64,000 nucleotides of DNA from Haliotis rufescens (lineage: Eukaryota), in assembly GCF_023055435.1 (NCBI RefSeq), contig NW_025963779.1:33790001-33854000 (forward strand), read 5' to 3'. The notes under the pieces are model-generated. The model did not search any database. It saw nothing but the letters and a program-made list of their open reading frames with translations, and was not told where the DNA came from. Numbering within the stretch: the stretch's first letter is position 1; each line of letters begins with the position of its first letter. This document shows positions 25,979 through 37,770 of this stretch, one piece after another. The position numbers were made by a program, and so were the translations under genes.

Positions 25979-27238
25979 CAGATTTCTTCCCATCACCATC
26001 AGCAGAGTCCTTCCTCTCACTTCTATCAGCAGCAGCCATGAGACTTTCCCTGTCCATGTCAGGAGGGACAGCTGGCGCCATTATTGCCGCCGCCGCCACG
26101 ATAGTGCTGGACAGGACCGCCTGTCTCTCACTCACTACAGTATTGCCCTTGTCTGCGTTCTGCTGTACGTCCTTGTCATTGGCAGAGTCAGCTAGTGCTG
26201 CAGCACCTTCTACAGGGACGGGGCTTGTCACTGGTTTACTCGGGTATTTATCTTGACTAGATTTATCTGATTCCTCATCACTTAAGGTTTGACTCCTGAC
26301 TTTCTCTTTCCTTGATGGGAATGGTGTGATTGGCCGGGCTGATCTTTCACTTTCAGATCCTGAGCCAGAGCCAGAAATAGAACTGGAACTTTCTGAATCC
26401 TCTACTTGATTGGAAATGGCTTCGGGCTTAGTTTTCTGCACTGGAGTTCTTTCTTTGACAGGGCTTGATTTTGAGTCATCAGTTTCAGAATCAGATGATG
26501 AGTAAGAACTGGAGTCCTCTGAGGAACTGCTGGACTCTCTGACACTCTCAGACTCTCCCCCTCGAGTAGCTGTGGATTCTGGTTCAGACCTAGCAGAGTC
26601 CATCATGGGAGGGAGAGTTATCTGTTTCGAGACCAAGGATTCCTCTTCTAGTGTCTCCTTCCTCGGTTCTTCTTCCCCCTTCTTGCTTAGTGATAATTTA
26701 TTGTTTTCTTCTTTCATCTCCTCTTCCTTCCTCTCCTCTTTCTCCTCCTGAATCAGTGTCTCTGCTACGGGAGACTTGGGTCGTTCTGGCAAACTAGTTG
26801 GCCTACTCTCAGTATCAGAAGCTGAGGACGAGGAAGTAGAACTCTTGTAAGAGTATGATCCATCACTCATCATGTTAGCCTCTGCAATACGAGATGGTGC
26901 TCGATCTGCCTCAGAAACAACCCCCAAAGCTTTGGTTGGAGTAACTAATCTACTCTCAGTCACTTCTCTGGGGGTACTTTTCTCTGACGGCGTTGAGGAG
27001 GATGAGGAGGAGGAGGAGAAAGAAGATTCTGATGATGAGTAATCACCATCTCGGTCCTCATCCCTTCCTGGAGGTTTCAGCTGTGTCACTGGAGGAGAGG
27101 ATCTGTTGCTTGCAGCAGCATCCTTAACCTGGACTACCTCAGGTTTAGCAGTGTCCTCTTTCTGAGACACTGTAAAGAATAACGTCCTTGCTTTACTGGA
27201 CCTTTCATTATCATTCTTAGAGGCTTCCCTTGGGGCAT
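25979..27238 (-). CDS. large Ser/Glu-rich exon (alternative in-frame acceptors at 27238 and 27169)
   Basis: 403-aa ORF 25959-27170; donor TCT G|GTaagg at 25979; phase 1-1. Confidence 0.85.
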
Positions 27239-27329
27239 CTAATGAAGAAATTACAAAATGAGCCTAACTATCAGTTTCTACTTTGTCAAATGAAGTTTTG
27301 AAGTTCAACATGCAAAGCATCTACATATA

Positions 27330-29550
27330 GGTAATGCAAAAACAGGTAATATAAGATACAGGTAATGCATGTAAGACATAGGTAATGCAAGATACAGGTA
27401 ATGCATGCACGATACAGGTAATGCAAGATACAGGTAACAGAACAAACAGGTAATGCATATACCATACAGGTAATGCGAGCTACAGAAAATGCATGCAAGA
27501 TACAGATAATGCATTCAAGATACAGATAATGAATGCAAGATAGAGGTAATGCAAGATGCAGGTAAGGCATGCAAGATACAAATAAGGCAAGATACAGGTA
27601 AGGCATGCAAGATACAGGTAATGCAAGATACAGGTAAGGCATGCAAGATACAGGTAATGCTAGATACAGGTAATGCCAGATGCAGGTAAGGCATGCACGA
27701 TACAGGTAATGCAAGATACAGGTAAGGCATGCAAGATACAGATAAGGCAAGATACAGGTAAGGCATGCAAGATACAGGTAATGCAAGATACAGGTAAGGC
27801 ATGCAAGATACAGGTAATGCTAGATGCAGATAAGGCATGCAAGATACAGGTAAGGCAAGATACAGGTAAGGCATGCAAGATGCAGGTAATGCTAGATACA
27901 GGTAAGGCATGCAAGATACAGGTAATGCTAGATACAGGTAAGGCATGCAAGATACAGGTAAGGCATGAAGATACAGGTAAGGCATGCAAGATACAGGTAA
28001 ATGCAGGTAATGCAAGATACAGGTTATGAATATACGATAAAGGTAATGCCAGATACAGATAATGCATGCAAGATACAGGTAATGCCAGATACAGGTAATG
28101 CAAGAACCAGGTAATGCAAGATACAGGTAAGTCATGCAAGATACAGGTAAGGCATGCAAGATACAGGTTAGGCAAGATACAGATAATGCATATATGATAC
28201 AGGTAATGCATATACGATACAGGTAATGCAAGATACAGGTGATGCAAGATACAGGTAATGCAAGATACAGGTAAGGCATGCAAGATACAGGTTAGGCAAG
28301 ATACAGGTAATGCAAGATACAGGTTAGGCAAGATACAGGTAAGGCATGCAATATATTGGTAACGCAAGATACATGTAAGGCATGCAAGATACAGGTAAGG
28401 CATGCAAGATACAGGTAAAGCATGCAAGATAAAGGTAATGCAAGATACAGGTAAGGCATGCAAGATACAGGTAATACAAGATACAGATAATGCAAGATAC
28501 AGGAAATGCCAGATACCGGTAATGCAAGATACAGATAATGCAAGATACAGATAATGCATGCAAGATACGGGTAAGGCATGCAAGAAACAGGTAAGGCATG
28601 CAAGATACAGGTAATGCAAGATACAGGTAAGGCAAGATACGGGTAATGCAAGATACAGGTAATGCATGCAAGATACGGGTAATGCAAGATACAGATAATG
28701 CAAGATACAGATAATGCATGCAAGATACAGGTAAGGCATGCAAGATACGGGTAAGGCATGCAAGAAACAGGTAAGGCATGCAAGATACGGGTAAGGCATG
28801 CAAGATACGGGTAAGGCATGCAAGAAACAGGTAAGGCATGCAAGATACAGATAATGCAAGATACAGATAATGCATGCAAGATACAGGTAAGGCATGCAAG
28901 ATACGGGTAAGGCATGCAAGAAACAGGTAAGGCATGCAAGATACAGATAATGCAAGATACAGATAATGCATGCAAGATACAGGTAATGCACGATACAGGT
29001 AAGGCATGCAAGATACAGGTAATGCAAGATACAGGTAAGGCATGCACGATACAGGTAATGCAAGATACAGATAATGTATGCAAGATACAGGTAATGCAAG
29101 ATACAGGTAAGGCATGCAAGATACAAATAAGGCAAGATACAGGTAAGGCATGCAAGATACAGGTAATGCAAGATACAGATAATGCATGCAAGATACAGGT
29201 AATGCAGGATACAGGTAAGGCATGCAAGATACAGGTAATGCACGATACAGGTAAGGCATGCAAGATACAGGTAATGCAAGATAGGGCATGCAAGATACAG
29301 GTAATGCAAGACACAGGTAAGGCATGCAAGGTACAGGTAATGCAAGATACAGATAATGCATGTAAGATACAGGTAATGCAAGATACAGGTAAGCCATGCA
29401 AGATACAGGTTATGCAAGATAAGGTAATATAAGATAAAGATAATACAGGAAATAGATAATGCATGCAAGATACAGGTAAGGACACATACAGGTAATGCAT
29501 GCAATGAAAGGACACACACTGATAATGCAAGAGTCAGATAATGCAACATG
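27330..29550. repeat. composite minisatellite of 16- and 20-bp units (~2.2 kb)
   Basis: interspersed GATACAGGTAATGCAA and GATACAGGTAAGGCATGCAA units. Confidence 0.97.
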
Positions 29551-30071
29551 CACATATTCAGTTACTTGAAAATAGAATAAATACCAGTGTAATTTATTGG
29601 AATTAAAAATTGAGTGATAGAAACTGCAATTACAGCCAACTGGTTTGATCAGAATGGGTTTTTCAAGTATGGCACATTTACATTTTGTTTGATACAGATG
29701 GAAGGTGTTACCACATTATGCAAGAACATTTCCCCCACAACTGATACAGTGTGCATGACGCTGACAGAGGGTACGCATGCTACATGTGCTACATACATAC
29801 AGCTGAAGGGCTGAAGGGCTGAAGGGCCCCTGTAGGTGTGTTTGAGAAAGGGGAAGAGTTTGAGGTAGCTGAGTTGGTTGTATGGAGTAGTACCTCATGC
29901 CCACTAAGAATTATGGGGAGGAAAATCCCATTTTGTGTGGTCAAAAGGTCACAGTTGAGAGAAAAGCATAGAACAGACAAATAACATGAAGAGTATGGAC
30001 AAGAAGAATGTGCAGGATTGTTGTAGACCAAGAAGAACGTGCAGGATTGTTCTAGACCAAGATGGACCCAC

Positions 30072-30147
30072 CTGATTTCTTCTCAACCACAATGGTTTTG
30101 TCTTTCTTGCCATCTAAATCTTCCTCCTCTGATGAGTATCCCTCCAC
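30072..30147 (-). CDS. acidic exon
   Basis: tttAG|VEGYSSEEEDLDGKKDKTIVVEKKS G|GTgggt; phase 0 to 1. Confidence 0.78.
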
Positions 30148-30424
30148 CTAAACAACAAATGTGGGATTCAAACCTATGTCCGCCGTGCTACCTCACTTCC
30201 CTAAACAACAAATGCAGGATTCAAACCTATGTCCGCTGTGCTACCTCACTTCCCAAATGGAACATGGGTATAAATGATAAATTCTTTAATTTATAGCAAG
30301 TTTTCCTCACCTCAGGTACACGACATGTTCCCATCACATTTGAGGGGACAGAGACTTTAGATTTGTTAGTGAGTGAGTGAACATTTGTGAGTGAGTAGGT
30401 TAGGTAAATGACACTTTTAACAAT

Positions 30425-30573
30425 GGACAGTGGGGTAGGCTAGTGGTTAAGGTTTGCTCGTCACGAATTCCCGGGTTTGATTCTCCACATGGGAACAATG
30501 TGTGAAGCCCATTTGTGTTGTCCCTGACTGTGATATTGTTGGATATTGCTAAAAGGCATCATCACCACTCACT
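30425..30573 (+). mobile_element. SINE family B, degenerate
   Basis: GGGGTAGGCTAGTGGTTAA...ACAATGTGTGAAGCCCATTT...GATATTGCTAAAAG...CACTCACT. Confidence 0.8.
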
Positions 30574-30715
30574 TTTAAACACTGTTTCGGTTATCTCACA
30601 ATATGCAGCTGTTAACAATGTCATTGAGTCTGGTAATAATCTACAGAAAGGTATAAGGATAAACGTCAAGTCTGAACTTGTGACACTGTTGAATTTGACC
30701 TTGACCCATACTGAC

Positions 30716-30933
30716 CTTTCTCATAGTGTCGTCTTCAAAATCCCCCACCACATCAGGATTAGCAGATTTTTCAGCTGAAACAAATGCATTCTTTTCATCT
30801 TCTTTCTCATCGTCCGCAAAGTCAGCGGCAAGTCCTCTTATCTGACGTTTGTCCTCATCTGGTTCCTCAGCAATTGGCTCCTCGGTTACGTCCTGTTTGT
30901 TCCCTTTGTTGTCCCAGTCCTTGTGGAAGAGCA
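30716..30933 (-). CDS. acidic exon (ERICH3 long isoform or LRR gene)
   Basis: ctgcAG|(V)LFHKDWDNKGNKQDVTEEPIAEE...DFEDDTMRK|GTcagt; phase 1 to 0. Confidence 0.8.
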
Positions 30934-31263
30934 CTGCAGTGACAAGATCACATGATGAATACAGCCGAGATACATCATAAGAAGAATATAACAACACATC
31001 ATTCCTGTATGATCACAACCCAAGAACATTTACCGGTAATAAGAAATAGTAAACAGTGAAACCACGTTAATCTGAACTTCTTCAACTGAATATAACCAAA
31101 TGGAACTTCAGGATGGCAGCTGAATCCTTTGACGGCACTATGGTCAAATATCAGCACTCCACTTATCTCAATCTATGGAGAGCTATATTTATACCACTCA
31201 AAATGAAATAAAGGACACCCAATTCTTTTATATGCCATAGATTTCCTCATACGAGGGGGGGTG

Positions 31264-31517
31264 GGGGGGCATGGGTGGCCAAGTCGTCTAAGGCGCTGCA
31301 TTTCGCTGTGCAGAGTTGCGTCCCTTGGGCACGCCAGAAACCTATGATTGTTGGTTCGAATCCCGGTTCGCCCCGATTATGTTTCTAGGTTTGTCAGCAC
31401 CATACCAGTGTATACGTCTGAGACCTGCATCACTTCTGGCTTTCCTCCCACATTAAGCTGACACGCAGCGATATAACTGGAATACTGATAAAAGCGGCGT
31501 TAAACCCAACTCACTCA
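31264..31517 (+). mobile_element. SINE family A
   Basis: same head, body and ACTC tail as the 5829 copy, with a short internal deletion. Confidence 0.9.
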
Positions 31518-31979
31518 TAGGAGGGATTAAAAATGCAATCATATGCTGGATTTGATGGGATAGATTTTAATTTTGTGATATATTCTAATGCAAGTTTTTA
31601 TTAGCTACATGTATAGTCAAATGAAACATCGGGTGTTCTTTAACGTCTTTTGAGTAGTATATTTTCAATAGTCCCTGGAACATCAATCAACAAGGTTTCA
31701 CAGGTCACAAACAGTTCATATTTAGGGTCATTTCTTCATCTCCGACTCTACCACACAAGTAGAACTCAAACTGGAACTTTCTGCGTGATGCACAATCAAG
31801 AATGTTGCCAGTGTAATCTAGCATGGTTAAACAGTAGTACATGTGGTTGTATGTCTGCCAGGGATGTATAAAAGCTGTGGATATTACATCCACCTTCCTT
31901 CACTCCCACCTCTGACCTTGTCACCAGTCACCTCTTACAACACAAATTTGACAAGGTGTATTTAGTCCATGTAAATTGT

Positions 31980-31993
31980 GTTTCCATGGCAAC
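31980..31993. promoter_or_regulatory. RFX X-box motif
   Basis: GTTTCCATGGCAAC matches the palindromic X-box consensus GTTNCC-AT-GGNAAC; function not shown. Confidence 0.5.
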
Positions 31994-33762
31994 TGGTAAA
32001 CCTGTGAAACATTTCATCCCTATCTGGTCTCAATGAGTATGCACAAGAAGAGATAAATGGAACCCGTTCCTTAAAGAGACTTAGCGCTAAGATCATAACC
32101 TGAACATTGACATAAGACAGTCACAGTGCTAAGATCACTTCATGAAATGCAGTCCAATCACAACTACGTCTCTTACTAATGGCCATGTATTGTGATCCTG
32201 TATTTGATGTATTAAGCACCTATGGTGCCATCCCTATATCACCATCTACAAAGTGACCCCGTACAAGCCTTCAAAATCGAACCTAATGTGTAACCCCGTC
32301 TGTAAAGCGAATCAGAATAAAGCACATCACCAGTGCATACACAATCCCTACATTTGCAATAGAAACGTGTTTATCTTCCACAGAAAAAATTACATCATTT
32401 TCCTTCAGCGAATTCAGGGAAAAACACAGATCATAACAATTAAACTTGGTCAATACAAAAATAGTTAACAAGGCGGTCCCTTGTCACCAACTTTGTTTTC
32501 CTCAGGTTTACAAGCTTTTGTATACTTCATATAACATAAATGGTATATAAACTGCAGGAAAGAAATTTGTTATATAATGGACTGTGTTATCGATTTGAAA
32601 AACCAATCCAATAAATATGCAAATGATGTCACCTTGAAGGAACTACTTGGAAGCTTCATACATCAATGCAATGTCTGATGATCACCAAAATATCATCTGA
32701 AGTTCCCATTAAGTTTAGATAGGGGTTCCCATTGTGATGATGTTTCCGTTGACAAACATGGCTTTAAATCATTCGGCACTATATGATAAATGGGGCGTTT
32801 CACTCAAACATTGTATTCATACGCCATTTCAAATACACTTCACTGAGTTAAAATACATTTTAATCATTTTAAGAGTGACATTACATGACAAAGAGATTAC
32901 TACCCTTGTGTGTTTCCATAATCATAAATATCATAATATTGGGAATAAAAATGTACATTAAGCCCACGATAATTTATGAATTATGGATTTTGCTAGCCAC
33001 TTTTCATGGATAGGTCTAAATAAATATATTATTGTGCAGCTCAATATGGGTTTTATTATATTTGTCACATAAAAGTCATTTGTAGTTGGTTCACTTGGAA
33101 AACCTGAAGGGTAGTTCTGTGGTCAGTGTCAGTTGTTACCATACGCTCAGCAGTATGTATGAGAAGGCAGTGGCCAGAGCTTACATACAATACCTCTGAT
33201 CAAGTATTTGTGGAATAGTTGACAGTTCCTTCTGTGTTCTATTTGTGTAGTTTGCATATATTTTTCTAATTCACCAAGGACAGATCAGTCTGACAAAACA
33301 AGCTTAAAGATACGTTTTTTCTGTTTGTGTTTTTGGCTCCGGTCTTTCAAACTTATAAAATTAAAAACTGTTAAAGTTTCGTCTTAGATGACATACCAGA
33401 TGTAAGATCTCGGACCCATTGCACAAGGAGATCTTAGCGCTAAGGTGACTATAACTCGCATACTTTAACATAGGCTAACGATCATCGTAGCATTGAAATC
33501 TCTTTGTCTCCTTGCTTGACAAAGCCTTGCTGTATCTTGAACTGTTCCACTGTTTCTTCTAGCAGCTTTGTATTTGCAGGAATCGTGCAAGAATGGTCCT
33601 GATAGTGCACTGTCCATGTATATCTTCAGTACAATTAAAACACATGTGCACAGACAGGTACTTTCAAACAATGCTTGTTCTTCTGTTTGCAAGTGGGTCA
33701 AGTTAGTATCTACATTATACTTCTCATGATGTTTTTTTAATTTTGTCTACACATTGGTTATT

Positions 33763-34335
33763 CTCTCATTGAAATCAGATCTAAGTTCTCGCTGCCACTA
33801 AACAAAGAGCTGAGGACATCCCATTACAGGTCACATTAGAATGTCTTTTCGCGAACTAAAACAACTGACAAGAAATTAACATCAGCCATTTAGAAAGCAG
33901 CTTTCTCGAGCTTTACGGCTCTCGTTTCAACCTTGAGACTTCCATTTTAGACTATGCTTATAAAATAAGTTGTCAAAGTTCTCGATTAAAATTTTGAAAA
34001 CTGAACAAAGAAACATTCCGGAATGTGATATATGGTTGAGATTGTATGGCAGTGCTTCTGACGTACTGTGCAACGCCTCCTCGTTCATACGTTTATCCCA
34101 AGGAAGCGAGTGATAGACGATAATTTTGACGGAATCAGTCGTACTGGCTGTAACTGTCCTTCGGCATCGAGGTTGCATGATTATAGAAAACACATTCCAA
34201 CTGTCACTTTCATGATCTGGTAAGCGATGCTTTGACTGGTCAGATGAAAGGTCGTTCTGATGTGACCCATAATGGGATATCCTCAGATCTTTGTTTAGCG
34301 ATAGCAAGAACTAAGATCTGACTTTAATGAGATTG
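33763..34335. mobile_element. MITE family G
   Basis: TCTCATTGAAATCAGATCT...GAGGACATCCCATTAC...AGATCTGACTTTAATGAGATTG. Confidence 0.82.
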
Positions 34336-34798
34336 ATTTGAAGGCATTTTACAAATGACATGGCGTATGTGGATTGGGGTACAGTCATTCAGGGGGGGGG
34401 GGCGTCCAGGAGACCTGCGCTATTGTGGGGGGTGACTGTACTTTAATCTTGAGTACATCTATTTACACCCAGTTAGTAAATCATTGAACCCGACTCAGGT
34501 GCCTGGTATTATCCACCCTTAATTAGTAATCCCTAGCATTGTAACCCATTCTAGCCACCATAGCAAGTGGTTTCAAAGACAAATCTCTGCAGCATAACCT
34601 TCTTCTCATAAAAACAACTGGCAAAGAATTTTTGATGTTAAAATCACAGCTCAAAATAAATCTGATAGATCTGCAGTTATATGTCAGAATGTTTTCAGCT
34701 ATGGCATTCACCCAATAATGAAGAACAATAACCATTACAAACTGCTGAACTCTTTCTCAAGAGAAAACAAATAACTCGTTACTTCATGGCAAAATTAG

Positions 34799-34804
34799 TT
34801 TATT
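34799..34804 (-). promoter_or_regulatory. candidate polyadenylation signal of the short ERICH3 isoform
   Basis: AATAAA on the minus strand ~3 kb downstream of the stop at 37771, in U-rich UTR-like sequence. Confidence 0.3.
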
Positions 34805-35232
34805 TCAACATTCATATAAGTTAAGTGTATTTGTACAATAACAAACAAATAAATATATGATAATATACAAGCAGAAAGTTATTAAAATATAATAAGGGAA
34901 TGTTTTAGACCAGTACCTTGGAATTAAAGTTATGACATTTAATCTCTCTACATGTCATATTCATGTTTCAGATTTACCACATTTACAGAAAGGATACTGT
35001 CATTTCATAAAAAGAGGAATACCCCCGGTAAGCAGTCATGTTTTGTATTCCAAATGAGAGTATTAATAATAATAAAAATGTGAAAAAACAACTATAATAA
35101 ATATGACAAGCTAAAAATTGTCCCGTTATACAATTTCTGTAACAAATGCCTTGTAAAGAGTACTTGTATTTCACCAATAAGATTACCAATAAAGATAAAA
35201 AGATAAAAAGATAAAAAGGTTTAGTTTGAAGC

Positions 35233-35603
35233 CATTCGTGACCAACTCTTGTTATTCTGGGACAAGCTGAATAGCAACTTATGCCCCTCTCATGGCCATT
35301 CTTGCGACTAGCTAAAAGAAATGTTAACTCGTTGTGTCATGATAAACGTATATTTGCCCCATATATCATTTACGTTCCAAATGGTATTGGTGACACATCA
35401 GGACTTACAGTACTATAGTGTATGATTGAACAAATTAAACTGTATCTTGGGTATATTTTTAAATGCAAAAATTATTCCTGACGGATTCTTTGACCTTTCC
35501 TACACGAATTCTGATTGGTTTGTCGTATTTTCACACATAACATTCATCGATAGGGGGACGAGTCTTCTTGCAAGTTACGGAAAGGGTCGAGTGGTGACGA
35601 ATG
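35233..35603. mobile_element. MITE family F
   Basis: homologous to 9896-10324 along its length. Confidence 0.85.
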
Positions 35604-35612
35604 AGTTGGAAG

Positions 35613-36106
35613 CATGTTCCCAAGGAAAGGGAGTTACCTGACTATAAAAGTCGAACTACTCTGGAATTATGGAGTTATATTTTGGCTGGACTAATGAGTC
35701 TATGCATAGTCCAATCAAAATGGTGTAATGAAAACAACAAACAACATGATGATTTTGGTCAATTGCAGGATTTGCAGAGCTTGTGTACCCTGACCTGAGC
35801 AAAAAGCTCTTCATGTTACTTGTTTTAATCAAGGTGCTAAATGATTTCAAGTACTTCATGAGTTAAGACCCATTTTGTTACAATAAAGATTTTGAATATT
35901 GTCTCTACATGGTGCCACCATTTTGCTTGAAGCAAATACAAGTGCTATGAGAGGTAGAATGTGATTGGTCAATAGGAGGGACATAGAAGGGAAATAACTT
36001 GTAATCGCTGGTGGGGCTACGATCGAGCCACAAAATTACAGCATAGTTCGGAAAGGGCGGAAACTGGACTTTTACAGTCAGGTAACTCCCTTGCCTTGGG
36101 AAGATG
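35613..36106. mobile_element. MITE family E, older copy
   Basis: CATGTTCCCAAGGAAAGGGAGTTACCTGAC...GTCAGGTAACTCCCTTGCCTTGGGAAGATG. Confidence 0.85.
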
Positions 36107-36215
36107 AATTTGAAGCAATGGTATAATACCACTAAGTAATGCTTTTATCACAATTTGGTTGCCACAGGCATGTAGTTCAAACCCAAGATAAATCCTTTAC
36201 TATGGACATGATGAT

Positions 36216-36595
36216 GATCTGTGGTCATGTTTCCTTCCTATCTGTGGTCATGTTGCCTGCCTATCTGTGGCTATCTTTCCTGCCTATCTGTGGTCATGTT
36301 TCCTGCCTATCTGTGGCTTTCTTTCCTGCCTATCTGTGGTCATGTTTCCTGCCTATCTGTGGCTATCTTTCCTGCCTATCTGTGGTCATGTTTCCTGCCT
36401 ATCTGTGGTCATGTTGCCTGCCTATCTATGGTCATGTTGCCTGCCTATCTGTGGCTATCTTTCCTGCCTATCTGTGGTCATGTTTCCTGCCTCTCTGGTC
36501 ATAATTCCTGCCTATCTGTGGCTATCTTTCCCTCCAAGCTACAGTAATGTTTCCTGACTATCTATGGTAATGTTAATTGACTATCCATGGTCATG
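36216..36595. repeat. minisatellite, ~23-bp unit
   Basis: CTGCCTATCTGTGGTCATGTTTC / CTGCCTATCTGTGGCTATCTTTC variants. Confidence 0.93.
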
Positions 36596-37144
36596 TTCTA
36601 AGATCCAGGCCAACAATGGTTAGTAAATTATATTGTATTCAACATCTGAACTTTAGACTGATATAACATCAAGGCACAAGTGATTTAACAGTGACTTAGC
36701 AGATCTGATAATTTAGTTCTGGACGAACATTGAACGATGACTAGTATTACCACACTGTGATGTCCTCCAGCTCAGAAACAACCCTCAGATATTAAAGTAC
36801 ATTTGTACCATATCCTCATAAAGTCTATAGAGTGAAACAAAACTGTATTAAGGATTACATCCTAACAATAATACCAAATGAAATAAATATTTTTACTTTT
36901 ACAAGTCGAAATCCGACTATCAATTAAATCACAGCAGGATACACACTGAGACAAAAATATTTCATCAGAATCCATCTACAAACAACTTGTAGCAGTCAAT
37001 ATCAAGTATGAGCAGTAACATCTTTCAGCGATATTTCATAAACAACAAGTAAACAACAAGTAAATAGCTAGTAAAGACCATTTCTCCCAAGTCACCCTGC
37101 TGCAGTTGTAGTGAAACCTGTTGCTGTATTGCTTGAACTGTCTT

Positions 37145-37640
37145 ATGGAGATCATGTCATGAAGATCAAATCATGGTCATATGAAGATCATATGAAGGTA
37201 ACACGAAGAGTGAGTGAGTGAGTATGGTTTTACGCCGCTTTTAGCAATATTCCAGCAATATCACGGCGGGGGACACCAGAAATGGGCTTCACACATTGTA
37301 CCCATGTCGGGAATCGAACCCGGGTCTTCGCCGTGACGAGGGAACGCTTTAACCACTAGGCTACCCGACCGCCCCGTAACACGAAGAATCATGAAGGTCA
37401 TATGATCATATGGAGATCATATGATATCACAAAGGTCATATGATCATATCATGAAGATCATATGATATAAAGGTCATATGATAATTCATGTAGATCATAT
37501 GATAATTCATGTAGATCATATGATATCATTAAGGTGATATGATCCTATCATTAAGATCATATGATATCATAAAGGTCATATGATAACTTCATGAAGATCA
37601 TATGAAAGTTTTATCATGAAGGTTATATCATTAAGAAGGT
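37145..37640. repeat. degenerate GATCATATGA-type repeat interrupted by a SINE
   Basis: recurrent GATCATATGAT / GGTCATATGA motifs on both sides of the SINE at 37210. Confidence 0.75.
37210..37375 (-). mobile_element. short tRNA(Asp)-like SINE family B with perfect 12-bp TSD
   Basis: head GGGGCGGTCGGGTAGCCTAGTGGTTAAAGCG...GTCACG...GGTTCGATTCCC, (ACTC)n tail; TSD GTAACACGAAGA at 37198-37209 and 37376-37387. Confidence 0.93.
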
Positions 37641-37770
37641 CATATAGGCAAAGTAAAGATGAGATCAGAAAGTTGACACTGAAACATCCCTGAAGCATAA
37701 TCCGTGTCTTGACATAGAGTTGGAGACAGACTTTTCCAGCAGTGCAACATTTATATATACATTCCAATGT

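Noticed and set aside
27286-29555. Long ORFs (up to 631 aa) rich in C/L/Y/H
   Set aside because: These are by-products of a stop-poor 16/20-bp satellite that is open in several frames on both strands, with no splice or domain support.
36139-36557. Three-frame Cys/Leu-rich ORFs
   Set aside because: These come from translation of a 23-bp minisatellite.
37300-37375. tRNA-Asp-like and tRNA-Leu-like sequences (also 5829, 31264, 48960)
   Set aside because: Each continues into a SINE body, has a simple-repeat tail and TSDs, and lacks a proper acceptor stem. They are not tRNA genes.
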